NCBI GenBank assembly: GCA_903873735.1
Contig: CAIQPO010000037.1
Coordinates: 1 to 46,538, forward strand
DNA from: Candidatus Collierbacteria bacterium
GTDB taxonomy: Bacteria > Patescibacteriota > Microgenomatia > UBA1400 > MFAQ01
Length of the DNA: 46,538 nucleotides
Reading direction: 5' to 3'
The notes under the pieces are model-generated. The model was not told the origin of the DNA. It searched no databases and was given only the letters and a program-made list of their open reading frames with translations. Of the stretch, positions 37,673 through 46,538 are shown in pieces; the stretch's first letter is position 1, and the number at the start of each line of letters is the position of its first letter. A program made the translations under genes and the position numbers.

Positions 37673-38524
37673 CTAAACCCCCTCTTCCTTAAGCTCGCGG
37701 AATAACTCTTTTTGACGACTTGATAACTTAGTGGGGATGTTGATGATGAATCTAATATAAAAATCACCTCGTTTTGAAGATTGGAGATGCTTAATTCCCT
37801 TGCCGGATAGACGGATTATTGATCCAGATTTGGTACCAGCTTTTACTTTTACTTTTAGGTCGCCATCAAGAGTCGGTACAACTACATCTCCACCAAGCAC
37901 TGCGAATGATAATGGGATTTCCTGATCAATGATGCAGTCATAACCTTCGCGATTAAAGTGAGGGTGGGGGGTTATTTGGAATATTACATCAAAGTCTGTG
38001 TATCTCATCTTCGTACCCTCATCAATCCCAGCAGGTATTTTTACCTGATATTCCTTTCCTTGATGAGTAATTGTTTTTTCTGCTCCCTTGATCGCATCCA
38101 TAAAAGAAACCTTCAGCTGATATCTTGGTCTGGCTTGATATTTTGACTGCGATCCAAATGGAGAGCCGCCAAAAAAGGCTGAAAATACATCAAATGGGTC
38201 TGAAAATCCTCCAGATCCAAATAAGTCCTCAAGATTGATATTGCCAGTGGAGTAATAACCCCCAAAGGGGTTTTGTCCTGAAAATGGATTACCTCCCTGA
38301 CCAAAGGCGGCGTGACCGAATTGGTCGTACTTGGATTTCTTCTCCGGAGAAGATAGTATCTCGTACGCCTCGTTTATCTCTTTAAATTTTGCCTCTGCTT
38401 CTTTGGTTTTGTTCCTGTCTGGATGCCACTTAAGTGCCAGCTTGCGATACGCTGCTTTTATTTCAGCAGCGTTCGCGTTTTTGTCGACACCAAGAACGTG
38501 ATAGTAATCTGATTTTGCTGACAT
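37673..38524 (-). CDS. dnaJ: DnaJ-family co-chaperone without zinc finger (class B)
   Basis: J-domain with HPD, G/F region, C-terminal domain, no CxxCxGxG repeats; follows dnaK. Confidence 0.88.
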   Translation of the reverse strand: MSAKSDYYHVLGVDKNANAAEIKAAYRKLALKWHPDRNKTKEAEAKFKEINEAYEILSSPEKKSKYDQFGHAAFGQGGNPFSGQNPFGGYYSTGNINLEDLFGSGGFSDPFDVFSAFFGGSPFGSQSKYQARPRYQLKVSFMDAIKGAEKTITHQGKEYQVKIPAGIDEGTKMRYTDFDVIFQITPHPHFNREGYDCIIDQEIPLSFAVLGGDVVVPTLDGDLKVKVKAGTKSGSIIRLSGKGIKHLQSSKRGDFYIRFIINIPTKLSSRQKELFRELKEEGV

Positions 38525-38540
38525 TTAGATTTGGGTGCTA

Positions 38541-40436
38541 TTAGCTGACAACCTCTCCCTCCTCGGCGGTCTTTTTGTTTTCATCTGAACCAGGAGGAGT
38601 AGTTTGGTCTGAGCCTTGACCTGGTTGGTTTTCTTGAGCTGCTTTGTAGAGAGCCTCGGCATGTTTTTGCATTATCTCTGTGGCTTTCTTGAGCTCAGAG
38701 TCAAGTGACTCAAAACTGGCGTCAGTCTTTTTAACCTCAGCCTCTAGTGAAGTAAGGGCTTTCTCCATCTCATCTTTGGCTTCAGAGCTGAATTTTTCGC
38801 CTGCATCCTTCAAGACTTTTCTTGTTTGAATAATTAAAGTATCAGCCTCGTTTCTTTTGTCTGCAAGCTCCTTCTTCTTCTTATCTTCTGCTTCATAGCG
38901 CTGAGCATCTTGCTTCATCTTTTCAACTTCTTCATCTGAAAGATTGGTAGCATTTTTAATTGTAATTTTTTGCTCTTTGCCGGTGGCTTTGTCTTTAGCA
39001 GTGACATTTAGAATACCATTGGCGTCGATGTCAAAGGATACTTCGATCTGGGGAATGCCTCTTGGAGCAGCAGGAATGCCGTCGAGAATAAAACTACCAA
39101 GAGTTTTGTTGTCTTGAGCCATTGGACGTTCCCCTTGAAGAATGTGAATTTCTACTTGAGGCTGGTTGTCACTCGCTGTTGAAAAGATCTGTGATTTGGT
39201 GGTAGGAACAGTAGTGTTTCTCTCGATTAATGGAGTCATTACACTGCCCATTGTCTCAATACCTAAGGTGAGCGGAGTAACGTCTAGCAAGAGGATATCT
39301 TTAACGTCACCTGATATTACCCCACCTTGAATTGCTGCACCTAAAGCTACTGCCTCATCAGGATTTACTGATCTATTTGGTTCTTTGCCGAAGAAGTCTT
39401 TGACTACTTGCTGGACCTTAGGCATTCTGGTCATACCTCCAACGAGAATTACTTCACCGATTTGAGTTTTCTCCAACTTAGCATCAGACAGTGCTTTTTT
39501 GCATGGCTCGATTGTTTTTTCGATAAGATCTGAGACTAGTTCCTCAAGCTTGGTTCTAGTAAGCTTCATAGTAAGGTGAAGAGGTTGGCCGTCTTTTTGG
39601 GTAATAAAGGGTTGGTTGATTTCTGTTTCGGTAGCAGACGACAACTCTATCTTTGATTTTTCTGCCGAGTCCTTAATTCTTTGAAGAGCTTGCTTGTCTT
39701 GAGAGAGATCAACTCCTGTTTCTTTTTTGAATTCAGCAACAATATATTCAATGATTCTTCTATCAAAGTCATCGCCTCCTAAAAAAGTATCACCGTTGGT
39801 GGCTTTAACTTCAAAAACCCCGTCTCCAAGCTCAAGGATTGAAACATCAAAGGTACCTCCACCCAGATCGTACACGACTACGGTTTCATTTTTGCCCTTG
39901 TCTAGGCCGTATGCTAATGCGGCGGCGGTGGGCTCATTGACAATTCTTTGGACATTCAAGCCAGCGATTTCTCCTGCTTGTTTGGTTGCTTGTCTTTGAG
40001 AGTCATCGAAGTAAGCAGGGACGGTAATGACTGCATCTGTAACTGCGCTGCCCAGATATTTTTCTGCATCAGACTTTGCTTTCTGAAGAATTTTGGCTGA
40101 AATTTCCTGTGGGGTATAGTTTTTATCACCAATTCTTACAACTGCCATACCATCTTTTCCCTCAACAATATCGAAGGGAACGATTTCTTTGGTTTTTTGA
40201 GATTGCTTCCCTGAAAACTTTTGACCCATTAATCTTTTTACCGAAAAGACGGTGTTGGTAGCGTTTAATATCATCTGCCTCTTGGCGACATCACCAACTA
40301 AGTTTTTAACTGGTTCAACAATTGAAGGGTAGATATTTCTTCCTTCTGCAGTAGGGATTATCTTGGCGATTCCGCCTTCCATAACTGCTATGGCACTATT
40401 GGTGGTGCCTAAGTCTATTCCGATTATTTTTCCCAT
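38541..40436 (-). CDS. dnaK: Chaperone DnaK
   Basis: [47 protein letters not shown]. Confidence 0.99.
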   Translation of the reverse strand: MGKIIGIDLGTTNSAIAVMEGGIAKIIPTAEGRNIYPSIVEPVKNLVGDVAKRQMILNATNTVFSVKRLMGQKFSGKQSQKTKEIVPFDIVEGKDGMAVVRIGDKNYTPQEISAKILQKAKSDAEKYLGSAVTDAVITVPAYFDDSQRQATKQAGEIAGLNVQRIVNEPTAAALAYGLDKGKNETVVVYDLGGGTFDVSILELGDGVFEVKATNGDTFLGGDDFDRRIIEYIVAEFKKETGVDLSQDKQALQRIKDSAEKSKIELSSATETEINQPFITQKDGQPLHLTMKLTRTKLEELVSDLIEKTIEPCKKALSDAKLEKTQIGEVILVGGMTRMPKVQQVVKDFFGKEPNRSVNPDEAVALGAAIQGGVISGDVKDILLLDVTPLTLGIETMGSVMTPLIERNTTVPTTKSQIFSTASDNQPQVEIHILQGERPMAQDNKTLGSFILDGIPAAPRGIPQIEVSFDIDANGILNVTAKDKATGKEQKITIKNATNLSDEEVEKMKQDAQRYEAEDKKKKELADKRNEADTLIIQTRKVLKDAGEKFSSEAKDEMEKALTSLEAEVKKTDASFESLDSELKKATEIMQKHAEALYKAAQENQPGQGSDQTTPPGSDENKKTAEEGEVVS

Positions 40437-40456
40437 ATTTTTTTTAGTTTAAATAA

Positions 40457-40894
40457 TTATTGATTGCTAGTATTACCTACTCTGACTTTTGCTGGTCTGA
40501 GAACTTTATTGTGAAGCATATAACCCTCGGCTGACAAAGAAACTACATAGTTATTTTTTCCTGGTACAACTTCTACACAGTCCATTGTCATAGGGTCAAA
40601 TTCCTTGTTTTTTGTGTCAATTTTTTCTACCCCTTCAGATTTAAGTGTTTTTTCAAATTGATCAATAACCATATTGAGTCCTTTATCTTTGAGATGAGAC
40701 TGAGCAAGCTCGATGGCATCTAAGACTAGAAGCATTTTCTCGATGAGAGATGCGTTTGCCATTTGAATAATTTCTGATTGAGACTCTTTGTGTCTTCTTT
40801 CTTGGTTGTGGTAGTCTGCTAAGACTCGTTTGTAGCTTTCTTCAAGCTCTGAAATTTTATTTAAGAGGTCTTGATTTTTAGTTTTTTTTACCAT
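40457..40894 (-). CDS. grpE: Nucleotide exchange factor GrpE (short)
   Basis: RVLADYHN, EFDP, GYMLHNKVLRPAKVRV. Confidence 0.94.
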   Translation of the reverse strand: MVKKTKNQDLLNKISELEESYKRVLADYHNQERRHKESQSEIIQMANASLIEKMLLVLDAIELAQSHLKDKGLNMVIDQFEKTLKSEGVEKIDTKNKEFDPMTMDCVEVVPGKNNYVVSLSAEGYMLHNKVLRPAKVRVGNTSNQ

Positions 40895-41613
40895 TCTTGA
40901 GCAATTTGATTAATTAAATTAGCTACATATCTAACCATAGGAATGTTTCGTCCGTACTCCTGTCTTGATGAACTAATAACTCCAAGTGTTCCTCTCTTGT
41001 TGCCAATTTGCAGATCTGCGAATACACAACTAACCTGCTTGTATACAGGAAGCCCCATTTCATCTCCAATAAGTATGTGAATTGGAGAGTTGCCTGAAGC
41101 TCTATTAAATACCTCAATCAATCTTTGCTGCTGGTCTAGCAAGAAGAGTACTTCACGGGCAACATTGAGGTCGTGGAATTCTTCGTCGTAGAAAAGGTTT
41201 GCGTAACCGGAGTGAAAGGAGATCCCTTGGTCTGTGGTGGCAACGCACAGGGCTCTAGTTCTTTCAGCCAGGACTCTGGTGGCTTCACGCAAAAGGTCGG
41301 CTGAGTCGAAACGGTGATCCCAAACTCTAGATTTTACTGAGACTTCTTCGGCGACTGATAGGTCTTTTTCTCTCAGAATCTCACTAACATAAAACTTTAT
41401 GGCCATGGGGGTGGGGACTCTACCAGCAGAAGTATGCGGCTGACTAAGAAAACCCTTGTTTTCCAAGACAGCCATTTCATTTCTTAGGGTTGCTGGCGAT
41501 ACACCAAGCTTGTACTTATTTTCAAGCGTAACCGAACCAACAGGTTCGGCTGTTTGAGTAAATTCCTCAACGATTGTTTTGATAATAAGTATTTGTCTGT
41601 CGGTCAAGTCCAT
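40888..41613 (-). CDS. hrcA: Heat-inducible repressor HrcA (compact)
   Basis: LTDRQ, EPVGS, SPATLRNEM, QPHTSAGRVPT, GTLGVI. Confidence 0.94.
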   Translation of the reverse strand: MDLTDRQILIIKTIVEEFTQTAEPVGSVTLENKYKLGVSPATLRNEMAVLENKGFLSQPHTSAGRVPTPMAIKFYVSEILREKDLSVAEEVSVKSRVWDHRFDSADLLREATRVLAERTRALCVATTDQGISFHSGYANLFYDEEFHDLNVAREVLFLLDQQQRLIEVFNRASGNSPIHILIGDEMGLPVYKQVSCVFADLQIGNKRGTLGVISSSRQEYGRNIPMVRYVANLINQIAQEW

Positions 41614-41633
41614 AATCTTTGAATTCTGATGAA

Positions 41634-41671
41634 TTAGCAGAATAATAGCATGAGTGATAAATGAAGGTCAA
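41634..41671 (-). promoter_or_regulatory. Degenerate CIRCE operator overlapping the hrcA promoter
   Basis: Minus strand TTATCACTC-N9-TTCTGCTAA (41660-41634) versus consensus TTAGCACTC-N9-GAGTGCTAA; promoter TTGACC-18-TATTAT with the -10 inside the operator. Confidence 0.75.
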
Positions 41672-41715
41672 GTAGCTGACTGTACACGGAGGCGCTGATG
41701 GGATAAATTTAAGTT

Positions 41716-43113
41716 ATGCTGCTTGAAAGTCAAAAAAGAATGCTTAAGGGTTTGTTGCCCTTAATTATAGGTGTGGCTGTAATAACGATAGTAGTGATAG
41801 TAATTCCCCAGGCGGTTAAGTATTCCGGAAAAGCATCTGGTGTGAATGCAAATCTGGTGATTAATTATGAGGGAGTTTTAGGTAATATGCCCACACCTTG
41901 GAGAAACCTTGCACAGGGTGGTGAGGAGCCGAAGGAGATGATTGGCCAAGTGATACCAGAGGTAAAGGCTCTTAAGCCAGAATACATTCGCTTGGATCAC
42001 ATATACGACGCATTCAAAGTGGTTTCTGGCTCTCCTGATAACTTGCAATTCAACTGGGCTGGTCTAGACGATGCGGTGGATAAAATTATGGCTACCGGAG
42101 CAAAACCTTTTCTATCTCTCTCATACATGCCAGATGTAATTTCTACCGGGGATATGATTTCTGCTCCCAAAAACTGGTCACTTTGGGGAAAAGTTGTGCA
42201 AGCCACGATTGAACACTATAGCGGCAGACAGGGGAAGAATATTGATGGAGTGATTTACGAAGTTTGGAATGAACCAGATTTATTTGGAGGATATAAAACT
42301 TACGGCGATAAAAATTATTTGGAGATGTATACAGCTAGCGCAAATGCAGCCAACGCTGTTAAGAACGCCAATAGTTTTGAGATAGGCGGTCCAGCAACTA
42401 CTGGCCTGTATCAAAACTGGCTTGAGAGACTAATAAAGCATGTGGACAGCAATAACTTGAGAATGGATTTTATGAGCTGGCACAGATACTCACTCGACCT
42501 TGATCAATTTGAAAAAGACGCAAAGCAAGCTAGAGCATGGGCAGAAAAAATTCCTGCACTAGTGAATTTGAAGTTTTATGTCACTGAGTGGGGGCATGAT
42601 AGCGAGATAGATAAAGGATATGACACAAAATTTGGAGCTATTCACACAATCGCGGGCGCAAGAACTATGGTTGGAGCGATTGATAGGGCTTTTGTCTTTG
42701 AAATTAAGGATGGTCCAGGCGCACACAAGTACTGGGGGAGGTGGGGGCTATTGACTCACGAGAAATACCCACCGGTTGAGAAGAAGCCTAGATACCATGC
42801 ATTAACTTTTTTGAATGATTTAGGTCCGTTTAGAGTTGGGGTGGCAGGAGAAGGCTCATGGGTGAAGAGCCTGGCTTCTACTAACGAAGATGGAGATCTC
42901 AAGGTAATGATCGTAAATTATGATTCAAAATCTGCACACACCGAGGCGGTTCCAGTTACATTCGAAAATTTACCTTCGGGAAATTTTACCTATACAAGGA
43001 AGGATTTTATGGGTGAGAGCCGAACACTTAAAGTCGCTACAACCTCAGCAAGCTGGAGATCAAATGAATTGATGTCCCCCAACAGCGCGGCCATGATTAC
43101 CTTGGATTTTTAA
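41716..43113 (+). CDS. Membrane-anchored GH39-like (clan GH-A) glycoside hydrolase
   Basis: N-terminal TM; YIRLDH, LSYMP, YEVWNEPD (acid/base Glu), IGGPA, SWHRY, VTEW (nucleophile Glu). Confidence 0.82.
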   Translation: MLLESQKRMLKGLLPLIIGVAVITIVVIVIPQAVKYSGKASGVNANLVINYEGVLGNMPTPWRNLAQGGEEPKEMIGQVIPEVKALKPEYIRLDHIYDAFKVVSGSPDNLQFNWAGLDDAVDKIMATGAKPFLSLSYMPDVISTGDMISAPKNWSLWGKVVQATIEHYSGRQGKNIDGVIYEVWNEPDLFGGYKTYGDKNYLEMYTASANAANAVKNANSFEIGGPATTGLYQNWLERLIKHVDSNNLRMDFMSWHRYSLDLDQFEKDAKQARAWAEKIPALVNLKFYVTEWGHDSEIDKGYDTKFGAIHTIAGARTMVGAIDRAFVFEIKDGPGAHKYWGRWGLLTHEKYPPVEKKPRYHALTFLNDLGPFRVGVAGEGSWVKSLASTNEDGDLKVMIVNYDSKSAHTEAVPVTFENLPSGNFTYTRKDFMGESRTLKVATTSASWRSNELMSPNSAAMITLDF

Positions 43114-44882
43114 GCTTTTACTACAGCTAAGAACGCCTCTTGGGGTAGTTGTACTCGGCCGAACTGTTTCATTCTAGCTTTACCTTTCTTTTGTTTTTCT
43201 AGAAGCTTTAAATTTCTAGTGAAGTCACCCCCGTGAAGCTTGGCATCTACATCTTTACGATATGCCTTGACGGTTTCTCGAGAAACAACCTGAGAGCCAA
43301 TCGCCACTTGGATTGGAATTTCAAACTGTTGCCTTGGTATAGCTTCCTTGAGTTTTTCAGCTATGGCTTTGGCTTTGTAGTAAGACTTTTCTTTGACAGT
43401 AATAACACTCATTGGGGAAAAGACCTCATGGTTAAGGAGCACGTCTAGTTTAACTAAGTCCGCCTCCTGCCAACCAGATATTTCATAATCTAGAGAGGCA
43501 AAACCTTGAGAGACCGACTTGAGATTGTCGTGAAGAGAGGTAATGACTTCAATAAGTGGTAGAAAATAGTCAACCTCGACTAGCTGATCCAGATAAGAAA
43601 CATTAATGAGCGTGCCTCGAAGATCCTGGCAGAGTTGCATCACTGAACCAACATAAGGCGAGGTAACAACGATTTTTACAGCAGCAAGCGGCTCAAAACC
43701 TTGAGAAACTTGAGCGTAGTCTGGAAAATCTGCAGGAGAGCTAAAGATTTTTTCTTCGCCAGTCCTCAATACTACTTTGTACTCAACTGAGGGCGAAACA
43801 GCAATAACTGGAAGCCCAAATTCTCTATCCAATCTTTCTCCCACCACCTCTGAATGAAGTAGCCCTAGGAATCCAACTTTTACTCCTTGTCCAAGGATGG
43901 GTGAGTTTATACCTTGAGTAGTAATGGCTGAATCATTTAGCTTGAGCTTTTCAAGAGCATCGACTAGATCGCGATATTGAGAGCCGTCGGCAGGATACAT
44001 GTCTAGATAAACATTAGGGTGTACCTTTCTAAACCCAGGGAGCGGAGTGGTATCTTTGATTTTTGAGCTTATAGATAATGTATCTCCTACCAATACTCGA
44101 CGAATGTCTTTTAAACCGGTGATGATGTAGCCCACATTACCAGCAGTGAGTTCTTTAGTGGAAGTACGTAGGGGTGAAAAAACACCAATGTCTCCTGCGA
44201 CTATTGATTGATTTGAACTCAAAAAGGTTAGATTGTTGTTTTTTTGGAGAACACCAGATACTAGCTTAACAAAGGCAATCACACCAAGATGGGTGTCGAA
44301 AACAGAGTTGAAAACAAACGCTTTAAAGTCGTTGGTCTCTATGCTGGGAGGAGGAAGCGTATTTATTATTGAATCTAAGAGACCCTTAACACCTTCTCCT
44401 GTTTTTGCTGAAACTAGAAGGGGGTCTTGGTCAAGATGAAGAAGCTGTCTTACTTGTCTGATGGCGGCGGGGGTATCAGCGAGAGGGGCATCTACTTTGT
44501 TGATGACTGGGATGATTTTTAGACCGAGATTCTTGGCAAGTCTTAGGTTGGCAACGGTTTGAGCCTGAACTCCCTTGGTGGCATCGACTAGCAAAACGGC
44601 TCCTTCACAAGCCTGGAGAGCTCTCTCAACTTCATAGTTGAAGTCCACATGCCCTGGAGTATCGATGAGATTTAGTGTGTAACCTTGATAAAACATAGTT
44701 ACCGGAGCAAGTTTGATGGTTATACCCCTTTCTCTCTCGATGGGGTTGCTGTCAAGAAGTTGGGGGACAATTTTGTCTGCATCAACAGTACCAGTAACCT
44801 CTAGCATTCTATCTGCCAAGGTAGATTTACCAGCATCGATGTGAGCAATAATAGAAAAATTCCTAATTTTGGGATCTGACAT
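43110..44882 (-). CDS. lepA: Elongation factor 4
   Basis: [57 protein letters not shown]. Confidence 0.98.
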   Translation of the reverse strand: MSDPKIRNFSIIAHIDAGKSTLADRMLEVTGTVDADKIVPQLLDSNPIERERGITIKLAPVTMFYQGYTLNLIDTPGHVDFNYEVERALQACEGAVLLVDATKGVQAQTVANLRLAKNLGLKIIPVINKVDAPLADTPAAIRQVRQLLHLDQDPLLVSAKTGEGVKGLLDSIINTLPPPSIETNDFKAFVFNSVFDTHLGVIAFVKLVSGVLQKNNNLTFLSSNQSIVAGDIGVFSPLRTSTKELTAGNVGYIITGLKDIRRVLVGDTLSISSKIKDTTPLPGFRKVHPNVYLDMYPADGSQYRDLVDALEKLKLNDSAITTQGINSPILGQGVKVGFLGLLHSEVVGERLDREFGLPVIAVSPSVEYKVVLRTGEEKIFSSPADFPDYAQVSQGFEPLAAVKIVVTSPYVGSVMQLCQDLRGTLINVSYLDQLVEVDYFLPLIEVITSLHDNLKSVSQGFASLDYEISGWQEADLVKLDVLLNHEVFSPMSVITVKEKSYYKAKAIAEKLKEAIPRQQFEIPIQVAIGSQVVSRETVKAYRKDVDAKLHGGDFTRNLKLLEKQKKGKARMKQFGRVQLPQEAFLAVVKA

Positions 44883-44885
44883 AGT

Positions 44886-46532
44886 TTAGCTGTTTCCTGG
44901 GGTTTCAATAACCTCATCAGAGCTGACCAGTATTTTACGCCAGTTTCCAAGTTTTTTGGCAATTTGAATGACTTCTTGTAGTTCTTCGATTTTTAGTAGC
45001 CAGCAGAAGAAGAGATAAACGGAAAATCCAATACCACTAACCGTGAGGGTGAGAAGAATTAAGGGTATGGTTCTGGTGGTATCAAAAACAAGCTGATCCA
45101 AAAGACGCATCGGGATCCACAAAGAAAAAGCAGTAAAGGCTGAAGCAGTGATCATTTTATAGATTCGGTTGGAAATTCTTAAAGGTCCAACTCTATTTCT
45201 TACTACCCAATAGAGAAGAAGAAAATCAACTATGTCGGATACTGCCATGGCGGCAGTAATACTGGCCACATCTTTGACAATGAAGAATCCAAATACATAA
45301 GAAAGGGTGACGAAAACTAGGGTAGAAAACAAACCGATAATGAGTGGTGTCTTGGTGTCTTTGACAGCATGAAGGGCTCTGGTGAGAGAGTGATTAACAG
45401 CCTGAGGGGCAATGGCTATAGCTAAAAAGGCTAGTGCTCTGCCAGTGCGGAGTGTGGCTTCCCAGGGAAATGACCTAGCACCAAATGCGATACGAACCAG
45501 AGGTACACGAAGCACAAGAATTAGAATACTGGCAGGTAGAGCAAAAAAGAAAACTTGTAGGATTGCTTTTGAAAGTATAAGTCTGAACCTTTCTTTGTCG
45601 TCCTTGGTGGCTTCTGACGCTAGTGCGGGGAAAGATGCTTGACTTAAGGAGACACCGAACAGGGAGATTGGTAGAACATATAGCTGCCTCGCAAAATTGA
45701 AAATTGCCAGCGACCCTGCAGCCAGAAGTGAAGTGAAGTTTACAGCCACATAACGCTGGATTTGATCTAAACCAAGAGCTAGTGTTCTTGGCGGCATCAG
45801 TTTTATCATGCTAATAACTCCTGGATGTTTGGGGTCGAAATTGAATTTTGGTCTGAAACCTAGCGCTAGCGCAGCTGGAATTTGCGACAAAACATGAAGT
45901 AAGGATCCAAAGACGACTCCAACCGCTGCAGAATAAATACCAATAAACGGTGAAAGAATCCAGATACCGATGATGGTTCCTAGGTTGTAAAGAAGTGGAG
46001 CGATGGCTGGAATTAAAAATCTTTGTTTTGATTGAAGAATGCCAGTAAGGAATGCGGAAAAGGTAAAGAGCATTTGCGCAATACACATGAGTCGCAGTAG
46101 ATTAGCCATTAAGTCCAGTTTGTCAGCGGAGTAATGAGCGATGGTGCCAGATAGTGGTCTGGCAAAAATTGCGATTAGTAAGGTGATGAAAAAGAAGATT
46201 ACGCCGATGATAGTCATGGCGGCGTTGGCTAGATCGTCTCCGTCTTTGGAAGATTTTTCCGAATATTCTTGATAGATGGGAATGAATGTGGCACTTACAG
46301 CACCGACGACTAATAGTTGGAAAATAGTGTCTGGAATTACAAAGGCTGCGAAATACACATCCAAATCTGCTTCTAGACCACCAAAAAACCTACTGGCCAA
46401 AAGATGGTTGCGGACAAGCCCGAGTAGAGCTGAAGCAAGATACGAAATGCCAATTACTGCTGCCGCAGAAAGTATGCTATTGCTCTTGCGCGTAAAAAAT
46501 TCCTGGGATACATTAATTAACTTATTTACCAC
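44886..46532 (-). CDS. murJ: Lipid II flippase MurJ (MviN)
   Basis: SALLGLVR, DVYFAAFVIPD, GAVSATFIP, APLLYN, LPISLFGVS, DTKTP; many TMs. The GTG start is near the window edge and may lie further upstream. Confidence 0.93.
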   Translation of the reverse strand: MVNKLINVSQEFFTRKSNSILSAAAVIGISYLASALLGLVRNHLLASRFFGGLEADLDVYFAAFVIPDTIFQLLVVGAVSATFIPIYQEYSEKSSKDGDDLANAAMTIIGVIFFFITLLIAIFARPLSGTIAHYSADKLDLMANLLRLMCIAQMLFTFSAFLTGILQSKQRFLIPAIAPLLYNLGTIIGIWILSPFIGIYSAAVGVVFGSLLHVLSQIPAALALGFRPKFNFDPKHPGVISMIKLMPPRTLALGLDQIQRYVAVNFTSLLAAGSLAIFNFARQLYVLPISLFGVSLSQASFPALASEATKDDKERFRLILSKAILQVFFFALPASILILVLRVPLVRIAFGARSFPWEATLRTGRALAFLAIAIAPQAVNHSLTRALHAVKDTKTPLIIGLFSTLVFVTLSYVFGFFIVKDVASITAAMAVSDIVDFLLLYWVVRNRVGPLRISNRIYKMITASAFTAFSLWIPMRLLDQLVFDTTRTIPLILLTLTVSGIGFSVYLFFCWLLKIEELQEVIQIAKKLGNWRKILVSSDEVIETPGNS

Positions 46533-46538
46533 TCGAGA

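Noticed and set aside
17..46086. Many 60-150 aa ORFs antisense or out of frame within core genes (e.g. 5793-6257, 14970-15419, 19244-19699, 6733-7017)
   Set aside because: Shadow ORFs of well-supported genes with no motifs or expression signals
1..46538. CRISPR array, tRNA/rRNA, IS element or integrase
   Set aside because: No periodic repeats, cloverleafs or recombinase motifs seen; intergenic gaps are short and mostly explained by promoters and terminators

Overview
Core-chromosome segment of a small-genome bacterium, most likely Patescibacteria/CPR and Microgenomates-like. This is inferred from truncated AlaRS, IF2, GrpE and HrcA, a sortase, a baseplate-J-like membrane protein, missing rimP/rbfA/truB/ribF and Shine-Dalgarno (SD)-less housekeeping genes; genetic code 11. 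All but two genes are on the minus strand. In transcription order: murJ, lepA, hrcA-grpE-dnaK-dnaJ, nusA-infB-(DHH-like), rpsO-pnp, a protease-less Lon ATPase, rnj-ftsK-rodZ-like, a DUF948/YtxH-like pair, alaS, an envelope cluster (baseplate-J-like, sortase, ruvX, Zn ribbon, mltG), rpoBC, rpsL-rpsG, fusA-tuf and the start of the S10 cluster. The plus-strand genes are an ATP-grasp ligase and a GH39-like glycosidase. The most striking unexplained structure is four orphan single-gene cassettes between housekeeping genes, one of which splits rpsG from fusA. Each has a near-consensus sigma70 promoter with a 17-nt spacer, a GGAGG SD and its own intrinsic terminator, and three share a boxA-like leader motif, whereas nearly all core genes lack an SD and several look leaderless. 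Candidate regulatory leaders lie upstream of rplC, fusA, rpoB, rnj, pnp and nusA, and a degenerate CIRCE overlaps the hrcA promoter. No rRNA, tRNA, CRISPR or transposase was seen. All family calls come from motif recognition by eye, not database searches.
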